Shown piece after piece: positions 38,592-46,220 of a DNA stretch of 64,000 nt. This stretch comes from Promethearchaeota archaeon. GTDB taxonomy: Archaea; Asgardarchaeota; Lokiarchaeia; Sigyniarchaeales; SOKP01. Every line of letters starts with the position of its first letter. The stretch's first letter is position 1. The stretch covers positions 33,694 to 97,693 of the forward strand of contig JBHLPW010000008.1 in the NCBI GenBank assembly GCA_048939015.1. The letters are read 5' to 3'. The notes under the pieces were generated by a model that worked only from the letters and a program-made list of their open reading frames with translations, searched no databases and was not told the origin of the DNA. The position numbers and the translations under genes are program-made.

Positions 38592-39050
38592 CTATCCTTG
38601 TACTAATTTGATTCCGAATTCTCTGCACTTTGGAAGGTCTTCATTTGTTATAGGCCCTTTTGAGGGTCCTGTACCTTCAACTTTTATAGATAATCCTGGA
38701 CTTGCTTTTTTTAAATCTGGTATCAATTCACCCATCTGTTCCTCCATCTTTTTAACCGCTTTTTCAAAATCAGCTGTGATGTAGGTATCAAATACAGCAT
38801 AAGAATTTATTTTTAATTGAGATTTTGGAAGTTTATTGATAAATTTCTTTATTGAGCCTATATGACGACCGAAATGATTCGGTGATCCTATTAAAATTAA
38901 ATCATAGGAAGCTTCTTTTTTAAGATTTACATCTTTTACATTATTAACCATTACTTCATTTCCTTCAACAGAATTGATTCCTTCTGCAATTAATTTGGCT
39001 ACTTCTTCAGTATTTCCATACTTTGTAGCATAAACTATTAAAACTTTCAC
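38592..39050 (-). CDS. Flavodoxin-like protein
   Basis: IVYATKYGNT, LIGSP, AVFDT; GAGGTG SD. Confidence 0.88.
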   Translation of the reverse strand: MKVLIVYATKYGNTEEVAKLIAEGINSVEGNEVMVNNVKDVNLKKEASYDLILIGSPNHFGRHIGSIKKFINKLPKSQLKINSYAVFDTYITADFEKAVKKMEEQMGELIPDLKKASPGLSIKVEGTGPSKGPITNEDLPKCREFGIKLVQG

Positions 39051-39249
39051 TTTAATACACCTCTTTTATTTGGATTTAATATCAAAATTAAACATTTAAT
39101 AAAATATTTTTTAATAGAATCCACGATTTCAAATAAAATCATATTAATTTACTATTTTTTCCCATTTTAAGATAAAATACTATAAATGAGCTAACTTATT
39201 ACAATTTATTAGATATAAATTTAAAAATCAATCTAAGTGTTAAAACTTA

Positions 39250-39825
39250 ATGAAAGTACTTTTACTGAATGGAACGCTCAAGAAAGATTCGGATATTGAT
39301 GAATTATATTCCTCAATACTAGAAGAACTTGAAAAAAAAGGATTCGAAACGGAGTCAATCATATTAAGAGAGACTAGTGTAGCAGCATGTCAAGGTTGTT
39401 TTGATTGCTGGGTAAAAAGCCCTGGAGAATGCAGAACAGATGATTACGGTCGAGAAATAGCGAAAAAAATGGTTCAGAGTGATTTGATTGTTCATTTTAC
39501 ACCGATCACTTTCGGGGGATATTCTTCTGAACTGAAAAAAGTTATAGATAGGTTTATCCCAACTATCTTACCCTTCTTTTTGAAGAGGGATGGAGAGACG
39601 CATCATGAGCATCGCTATGCACGCAGAGCTTCAATTATTGCTGTTGGCTTTTTAGAAGAAGCGGATAATGAGAAAGAATTGACATTTAAAGAATTAATCT
39701 ATCGTAATTCAATTAATATGGGTACCCCAATTCACGAAGCAATTGTATACATTAAAAACCAAGATAAATCCGATTTTACAGACAACTTTAACACAATTTT
39801 ACAAAAAATTGAGATGATTACATGA
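39250..39825 (+). CDS. Iron-sulfur flavoprotein / NADPH-dependent FMN reductase family
   Basis: CQGCFDCW...GEC..DD, TPITFGGYSSELKKVIDR. Confidence 0.85.
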   Translation: MKVLLLNGTLKKDSDIDELYSSILEELEKKGFETESIILRETSVAACQGCFDCWVKSPGECRTDDYGREIAKKMVQSDLIVHFTPITFGGYSSELKKVIDRFIPTILPFFLKRDGETHHEHRYARRASIIAVGFLEEADNEKELTFKELIYRNSINMGTPIHEAIVYIKNQDKSDFTDNFNTILQKIEMIT

Positions 39826-40508
39826 AACTAGATAAAAAAGCGCTTCTTTTGGTAGGGAGCCCAAAAGGTGAGAAAAGTACATCAGCGTCTTTAGGAGATT
39901 ATTTAATCTTAAAATTAAAAAAATTTGGGATGAGTAGCCAAAAATTGTTCATTCATAGGCTTGTTAATCGAGAAGAAAAATTACAGGAGCTTTTTCATAT
40001 GATTGAAAAGGTAGATTGGATAATTCTCACGTTTCCATTATACGTAGATAGCTTGCCAGCTCCCGTGATAAAAGCAATGGAATTAATTCAAGAAAATAGA
40101 ACATATCGAGAAAATAAAAATTCCCCAAATTTGATAACAATAGCAAATAGTGGGTTCCCTGAAGCATCCCAAAATTACACAGCTCTGAAAATTTGTAAAA
40201 TTTTCTCTCAAGATTGTGAATTTACATGGAAAGGTGGAGTTGCGGTTGGAGGGGGTGGTGCAATCAACGGTGCTCCTCTATTAGAAAAAGGAGGAATGGT
40301 TAGGAATGTTATTAAGGGTTTAGATATAATTGCTGAAGCCTTAAATGATGATAAGGAAATCCCTCAAGAAGCCGTTGACCTATTAGCGAAAAAGTTTATA
40401 CCAACGTCTCTATATAGAAAATTTGGTAATCTTGGTTGGCGAGCCCAAGCGAAAAAGTATGGTGTAAAACAAAAAATTAGAGATACACCTTATAGCTTAA
40501 AGGATTGA
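39822..40508 (+). CDS. Flavodoxin-fold NAD(P)H-dependent oxidoreductase, translationally coupled to the upstream gene
   Basis: LVGSPKG..STS, FPLYVDSLP, NSGFPE; ATGA overlap. Confidence 0.8.
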   Translation: MKLDKKALLLVGSPKGEKSTSASLGDYLILKLKKFGMSSQKLFIHRLVNREEKLQELFHMIEKVDWIILTFPLYVDSLPAPVIKAMELIQENRTYRENKNSPNLITIANSGFPEASQNYTALKICKIFSQDCEFTWKGGVAVGGGGAINGAPLLEKGGMVRNVIKGLDIIAEALNDDKEIPQEAVDLLAKKFIPTSLYRKFGNLGWRAQAKKYGVKQKIRDTPYSLKD

Positions 40509-40567
40509 TTGCATTCAAAAAAATTGGTAGAATATTGTAGATAAGTTCCGTTTGATTCCAAAAATCA

Positions 40568-40693
40568 TTAATTTATAAATGGAATTGCTAAATTCATAAA
40601 ATAGTACATATCCTCGACACAAGAATAATCTTCTGAGCATCTTCTTCCATTATATTCTTCCCCACCAATTGATTCAAAATTTTCATTTTCCAT
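40568..40693 (-). CDS. Small acidic 41-aa protein with Cx5C (not in ORF track)
   Basis: AGGAGGT SD then ATG; MENENFESIGGEEYNGRRCSEDYSCVEDMYYFMNLAIPFIN. Confidence 0.55.
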   Translation of the reverse strand: MENENFESIGGEEYNGRRCSEDYSCVEDMYYFMNLAIPFIN

Positions 40694-40868
40694 TATTTTT
40701 TACCTCCTATTTTTCTAAATACTTAACAGTATAACAGACATTTTTAAAGTTCGGGTAATATTTAATGGAAAAAAAGAACAAAAAAGATCTAAGATATAAG
40801 TGAAAAATAGAAAACTCTTACAAAATTAAATTTTCTTAGACCTAGCAAAAAACACTAAGTGTGTTCAT

Positions 40869-41819
40869 ATGAAAATGATAAGATTCTTAGAAAAACAAAT
40901 GCGTAAAAGAGTATTCAGATCAATGAAAGATTACGTAGAAGAAGGGCAAGAAACCATTAAAGCTTTACCAGAATCTCCAGAATTTGGATTTTTTACATGG
41001 TTTAGAATTTTTCGTGAGAATAATATTGAAATAAAGTATAAGATAGCTATTCGGGCTATGCCTTATGCTATAAGGGCTATCTTAGGCATTCGAAAATCAT
41101 TCAAAAGCCTTAAACGCAATCCAAAAACCTCCCGGACTTCAATAACTCCAGAAGAGATACATGAATTTGAAGAATATGCAAAATCCATAGGTGTGGATAA
41201 GATTGGATATATAAAACTTACACCTGAGCTTATACTTGAACATCAAGAACTCCTATATGATAACGTGATTGTTTTCATAAAGGAAATGGATAAAGATCTT
41301 ATGGCTCTCGCACCCCATAAAAAGACTATGGTGATGATAATGAAAACATATTATCAGATGGGTAAACAAGCTAACAAACTGTCCAAATTTTTACGCAAAA
41401 AAGGGTTTAGTGTCCATGCTGGACCTGCTCTCGCAGGATTATCTTTATATCCAGTTCTTGCCCAAAGAGCAAATTTGGGAGCAATTGGGAGACATGGCTT
41501 AGTAATTACACCTGAATTTGGTCCTAGACAACGAATCGCTGTGATCTATACAAATATTACCAATTTGCCTGTGGCACAGTCTAATACTTATGGGTGGATT
41601 TCGGATTTTTGTAAAACTTGCGTGAGTTGTATGGAAGCATGCCCTACAAATGCTATATATGAAACACCAATTCAAAAAGCGCATGGAAGATTAACCCATA
41701 TTGATGTCGGAGAATGTGCGAAGGGATTCCTTACCTACGGTTGTAGCATTTGCATAAAAGAATGCACATTTAATAAAATCCCTTACGATAAGATCAAGAA
41801 GATAGCTAAACGAGTTTAA
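40869..41819 (+). CDS. Reductive dehalogenase/epoxyqueuosine reductase-like cobalamin 2x[4Fe-4S] protein
   Basis: AQRANLGAIGRHGLVITPEFGPRQR, FCKTCVSCMEACPTNAI, C..CSICIKEC; no Tat signal. Confidence 0.8.
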   Translation: MKMIRFLEKQMRKRVFRSMKDYVEEGQETIKALPESPEFGFFTWFRIFRENNIEIKYKIAIRAMPYAIRAILGIRKSFKSLKRNPKTSRTSITPEEIHEFEEYAKSIGVDKIGYIKLTPELILEHQELLYDNVIVFIKEMDKDLMALAPHKKTMVMIMKTYYQMGKQANKLSKFLRKKGFSVHAGPALAGLSLYPVLAQRANLGAIGRHGLVITPEFGPRQRIAVIYTNITNLPVAQSNTYGWISDFCKTCVSCMEACPTNAIYETPIQKAHGRLTHIDVGECAKGFLTYGCSICIKECTFNKIPYDKIKKIAKRV

Positions 41820-41856
41820 ATTTAATTCAATTTGAAAAAAAAAAATAAAATATTTA

Positions 41857-42045
41857 TTATTTCTTACTCTGTTTGCGTATCACAACTATAAAAAAGATTA
41901 CAAACAGCACTGATGAGATTTTATGAATTGCATATAAAATTTCATAAATTATTCCTTCGAGTAAAATTGCTGACGCCCCACCAGTGAATAAGGAAATTAT
42001 CAATAAAATAATGATAATCAACATCCAGTTTGAGTCATTTCTCAT
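41857..42045 (-). CDS. Small two-TM membrane protein, last gene of TetR operon
   Basis: GAGGT SD, two hydrophobic helices, IHK motif, basic tail. Confidence 0.6.
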   Translation of the reverse strand: MRNDSNWMLIIIILLIISLFTGGASAILLEGIIYEILYAIHKISSVLFVIFFIVVIRKQSKK

Positions 42046-42064
42046 TGAATAGCTACCTCATATA

Positions 42065-42973
42065 TTATTGACTTTTGATCAATATCATATCTGACAACTT
42101 TACATGCGGATGATGGTAATGTACTGCATATTCAACGACTTTTCCATAAATTGAATTATTAGGACACCAAGTGAAGCACGCAAAGCAATTTTCACAATGA
42201 TTTTGCCAGACTGGTCGACTATTAACCAATTTTATATTATTAACTGGACAGATTTGAACACAAATACCGCATCCATTACAGTTCTTGTTGTACCGAAAGC
42301 TTTTATCTGAAAGTAGAATCATTTCTTTAAACGGAATATTATTCGATTCTGATAGACTTTTATATCGCTTGTTAAAAACAGGCTTTATAAGTAAACGGAG
42401 GAGTGGAGCGTATATTAGTTTAGTCAATCTTTTACGTGTTTCCAGTTTCCCTCGTTTTCTTTGATTTATATAATTAGATATGTATTCTAACTTGATTTTC
42501 CACTTAGATAATAATTTTTTATGCCTTGCTTCTGCTTTTGATCTGTTTTCATCTTTAAAATCCTTCCTAAGGAAGATTTTTTTTAACTTTTCTCCAAGTA
42601 ATGGTGCATTATTATAGGTCTTTACAGAAAATCCACCTGCTAAAATACCACCACGAGACTTTATGACCTTGGCTACTCTTTCCATAGTAGTTCCAGGCAT
42701 TCCACTATGAGTACATACTGCAAATACATACTGTGAACTTCTAATCTTTATTTTATTGAGAAATCGTTCAACGATAAGAGGGATACCACTATTCAAATTC
42801 GTAGCAAAATAAACAGGAAAGACTATTCCTACGATATCTCCCTTGATTTCAATAGATTTTTTGCTTATAAGTGGTGCTATCGGAATTAGTTTTGCCCTTA
42901 ACTTTTCTGCCATATCACTCGCAACTACTAATGAATTTCCTGTACCTGTAAAATAGTATATTTCTATATTCAT
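42065..42973 (-). CDS. EFR1-family flavodoxin-ferredoxin fusion
   Basis: YYFTGTGNS, GIVFPVY; CNGCGICVQICP and CENCFACFTWCP; YHHP. Confidence 0.88.
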   Translation of the reverse strand: MNIEIYYFTGTGNSLVVASDMAEKLRAKLIPIAPLISKKSIEIKGDIVGIVFPVYFATNLNSGIPLIVERFLNKIKIRSSQYVFAVCTHSGMPGTTMERVAKVIKSRGGILAGGFSVKTYNNAPLLGEKLKKIFLRKDFKDENRSKAEARHKKLLSKWKIKLEYISNYINQRKRGKLETRKRLTKLIYAPLLRLLIKPVFNKRYKSLSESNNIPFKEMILLSDKSFRYNKNCNGCGICVQICPVNNIKLVNSRPVWQNHCENCFACFTWCPNNSIYGKVVEYAVHYHHPHVKLSDMILIKSQ

Positions 42974-42985
42974 TTCATTTTCCCC

Positions 42986-43669
42986 CTATTTTTGAAACCT
43001 ATTTTTCTTTACCATATCAAGAATGAATTTGATATGATCAGAAAGCTTCGTGTTAAGTGTGTCAATTACATCATTATAGTTAGACTCATCATAATTAAGG
43101 ATAAATCCTTCGAAAAATAGGTAGATACAATAATTAAAGAATTCATGTGCTAATACTTTAGCATCATATTCTATGATATACCCAATATCCATCATTTTTT
43201 GGAAGACACTGGTCCAAAGTACATAGGATGGCTCTATAAATTGGTTTTTAAAAAAATCTAAGAATTTATCATTTTGGTATAATTCAATCCACATTAGTCG
43301 TAATATTTTACGAAGGGTAGGGGCTTTTAATTGTTCTATCATTGGTCGTATTGCATTATCTAAAAGAATTTCAGGTTCATATTTTTCCAGCAGCTGATCT
43401 AAGGGTACTGGTGTTGAGCTAGATTTAGTTTCTTCTATAAGATAGCTAATGATGGAATCCATGATATCCTCTTTTCCTTTATAATGGCTATAGATTGAGC
43501 TTTCGTGAATATTAACTAGACGGGCTATATCCCGTACTGAAACAGCATTATACCCTTTTAGTGAAAATAAGTCAATTGCTACGTCTCGAATCTTTTCTTT
43601 AGTGCCTTTTGTTTCTTCTTCTGTTCCTTTTTTCCTTGGTTCCTTTACCATATCCTTCACTTTTTCCAT
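42986..43669 (-). CDS. TetR/AcrR family transcriptional regulator
   Basis: TKEKI...A.DLFS.KGY..VSVRDIA..V.I.ESSIY.HY..KE. Confidence 0.92.
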   Translation of the reverse strand: MEKVKDMVKEPRKKGTEEETKGTKEKIRDVAIDLFSLKGYNAVSVRDIARLVNIHESSIYSHYKGKEDIMDSIISYLIEETKSSSTPVPLDQLLEKYEPEILLDNAIRPMIEQLKAPTLRKILRLMWIELYQNDKFLDFFKNQFIEPSYVLWTSVFQKMMDIGYIIEYDAKVLAHEFFNYCIYLFFEGFILNYDESNYNDVIDTLNTKLSDHIKFILDMVKKNRFQK

Positions 43670-43684
43670 TTTCGTTTTGATGAA

Positions 43685-43754
43685 ACGAAAGTATTTCGTA
43701 TCTAATAATTTAAAATTAATTTAAGTATTTAAACTTAACCAACAAACGTTTGTT
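43685..43754 (-). promoter_or_regulatory. TetR promoter: TATA box flanked by two palindromes
   Basis: ACGAAA-gta-TTTCGT (43685-43699); TTTAAATA on minus (43726-43733); AACAAACGTTTGTT perfect palindrome (43741-43754). Confidence 0.55.
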
Positions 43755-44073
43755 TGGTAATATAGAAATGATGATTGTATACCATACGTTAGCCTAAGTT
43801 CTGTCTATTCTTTCCTAGCTATACCAATATATGAGGAACTGCACCGATGAGAGAGTATAATAATCCATATGATAAGATAAAGTAAATTTCTAAATGAATT
43901 TAATCCTGTATAAAATAAATATATCAATTTCAAAAAAGAATATAAAAAAAAAGGGTGAATATTTATCTAATAGTAGCCAATTAATTGTAAATTTTGAAAT
44001 TCAATTGATGTTCATTCTCAACAGTAACAGTTCTTATTACCGAGTTAAATTTCACTTCTCACTTACTATCTAT

Positions 44074-44997
44074 TCATAAATTCGGAACTGTAAGTCCCCC
44101 ATTGAAGGCTTTCTTTAATTTTTTAATATCAAATTTTTTCATTGGTAAGAAGGCTTGCGTCAACCGATCAATTTGTTGACGAGTCCCAATTTCCATCATT
44201 TCATCCATAATAGTTGGGAAGACCTGCCAAGAAACATTAAATTTATCTTTTAACCATCCACACTGTTCAGCTTCGGGTACTGCAGACAACTTATCCCAAT
44301 AATAATCAATCTCTTCTTGATTTTTACAGGGTATAAGGAGTGAGATCGCCTCGTTAAAGCTAAAATCGTGCCTACGAGCGCTATCCATTACAGCTATCCA
44401 ATTACCTTCAATCATAATGTCTGCGAACATTATTGTTCCCTCTTTATCAGGCTCCATACCTTTTGTATAGCGTGAAATTTGCCCTATCTTTGAATCCTTA
44501 AAAACAGAAAGATAAAAGTTGATTGCTTCTTCTGCCTTTCCGCTCATTTCGCCTACAAACATGAGCGAGGGAACGATGAATGATCTGTCTTCTCCTTCAG
44601 GATCGGAAAGGATGAGTTGCCAAGATACTCCAAATTTGTCTTCTATCCACCCATACCTCTCACTGAAAGGATATTTATCAAGTGCCATTAAGATTTTTCC
44701 ACCTTTTTTAAATTCATTCCACATGGTATATAAACTCTCTTTAGCATTTTTGTCTCTAGAGGGATCAAAATTTAGGATAAATGAAATAGACGGATTAATC
44801 TTAAACACTGGTCCACCATTGATGGCCATAAATGGATGTCCAGAAAGCTCAAAGGAGACAATATCAGCATCTCCAGAGGGTGTATCATGAAGTGTAGTAA
44901 TATTTGTTATTTTTGAGTTAGGGAATACAGATATATAAAATTCTGCTGCTTCTTTTGCTTCTTTATCAAACCATAGATGTGGCGATATTTTTTTCAT
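44074..44997 (-). CDS. VOC/PhnB-like (3-demethylubiquinone-9 3-methyltransferase-like) tandem-domain protein
   Basis: ISPHLWF..EA.EAA.FY, GW..DKFGVSWQ twice, QEEIDYYWDKLS. Confidence 0.9.
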   Translation of the reverse strand: MKKISPHLWFDKEAKEAAEFYISVFPNSKITNITTLHDTPSGDADIVSFELSGHPFMAINGGPVFKINPSISFILNFDPSRDKNAKESLYTMWNEFKKGGKILMALDKYPFSERYGWIEDKFGVSWQLILSDPEGEDRSFIVPSLMFVGEMSGKAEEAINFYLSVFKDSKIGQISRYTKGMEPDKEGTIMFADIMIEGNWIAVMDSARRHDFSFNEAISLLIPCKNQEEIDYYWDKLSAVPEAEQCGWLKDKFNVSWQVFPTIMDEMMEIGTRQQIDRLTQAFLPMKKFDIKKLKKAFNGGLTVPNL

Positions 44998-45174
44998 TAA
45001 AATTCCTCCTACTTCAATTATCTAATTAATTTAAAAATGGTATTTTAATCTATTCTTAATAATTGTTAATCAATTTTCAAAGGAGAGGTATATAAATTTT
45101 GTTTAATTTGACTTTTTTTTATAGAATAAAAAATTGAAAAGTTTACTTTGAAAAAAATTTCCGAGGATTTATAT

Positions 45175-45714
45175 TCAAGTAAAATCTGTGATTTTTTTAC
45201 GCCCATTTGCTGATTCAAGTTGCAGCAACTTTCTCTTTATTTTGATTCCCCCACCATATCCTGTTAATGAGCCATTAGAACCGATTATCCTGTGACAGGG
45301 AATCATTATGGCAATAGAGTTTTGTCCATTTGCATTAGCAACTGCTCGTACTGCCGTAGGTCTTCCAAGTCTTTTAGCAATTTCTAGATATGAAGCGGTC
45401 TTTCCAAATTTTATTTGTAATAATTCATTCCAGACTTTTACTTGAAATGGACTACCACGAATATCTAAAGGGACTGTGAAAACCTTTAAATTTCCATGTA
45501 AATACTTTTCTAGTTCATTTTCAGCTAATTCTATAAATTGAGATGTTCCATAGGTTACTGAGTCTCCATAGTATTTATTCATTCGTTTAAGGATACGTGG
45601 AAAACTTTTTCTATATTTAAAATCGAGTAAACATAATCCTTTTTCAGAGGATCCAAATACCATGACCCCAATCGGGGTTTTTAGTTCTTTAAAGATTAGA
45701 TTTCCTTTTTTCAA
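45175..45714 (-). CDS. ogt: Methylated-DNA-protein-cysteine methyltransferase
   Basis: FQVKVW..L..I.FG...SY, AVRAVANANG.N, IPCHRIIG, GYGGG. Confidence 0.93.
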   Translation of the reverse strand: MKKGNLIFKELKTPIGVMVFGSSEKGLCLLDFKYRKSFPRILKRMNKYYGDSVTYGTSQFIELAENELEKYLHGNLKVFTVPLDIRGSPFQVKVWNELLQIKFGKTASYLEIAKRLGRPTAVRAVANANGQNSIAIMIPCHRIIGSNGSLTGYGGGIKIKRKLLQLESANGRKKITDFT

Positions 45715-45861
45715 ACTAAATGTCTCTATGTTGTTTCTTAAATGCTATTATGTTTAACAATAAAATAAATTTTCTGATTATCATACTATTAAAAAAGATT
45801 ACTTGACAATCTTCAAATTTTATAAGAAAAATAAAAAAAAGAAAAAGTTTAGACTTTTTCC

Positions 45862-46092
45862 TTAGGAAACTTTCGTTATCGCAAAAAAGGTATATTCTTC
45901 TCCACTATGAATGTCTTTTGATAAATAATTTGGATTATATTGGTATAATTTAATAGTAAGTGAATCCCCCTGGGTAAAATTATTAATATCTGATAGAGAG
46001 ACGCCAAGAACATTAGAATATGCACTCGAAGTACAAGCCCCGCAACAGATTTCGATATCATTTTGTAATTTAGTATTACTATTATTTTTTAT
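45862..46092 (-). CDS. Candidate 76-aa CCGAC-motif protein with ATA start (not in ORF track)
   Basis: 79 stop-free codons: IKNNSNTKLQNDIEICCGACTSSAYSNVLGVSLSDINNFTQGDSLTIKLYQYNPNYLSKDIHSGEEYTFFAITKVS; no SD seen. Confidence 0.35.
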   Translation of the reverse strand: MKNNSNTKLQNDIEICCGACTSSAYSNVLGVSLSDINNFTQGDSLTIKLYQYNPNYLSKDIHSGEEYTFFAITKVS

Positions 46093-46220
46093 GGAATTTG
46101 GCTAAACAAGTCTAGGAAAAATCTACCTTTATGTCTATAATTGATGAATATCGTTATAAAAGATAAAGGCATATCTTCATATTAAAGTAATATTTCTAAA
46201 TTAACTAAAAAGTGTATATA

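Noticed and set aside
41857-42045. Small TM gene as an RdhB anchor
   Set aside because: Opposite strand, belongs to the TetR-EFR1 operon, and the RdhA-like protein lacks a Tat signal
43974-43988. 15-nt exact match TAGCCAATTAATTGT with 17506-17520
   Set aside because: AT-rich 15-mers are expected to recur by chance in 64 kb
43894-44079. 61-aa ORF-track call
   Set aside because: Low-complexity AT-rich intergenic sequence, no SD or motif
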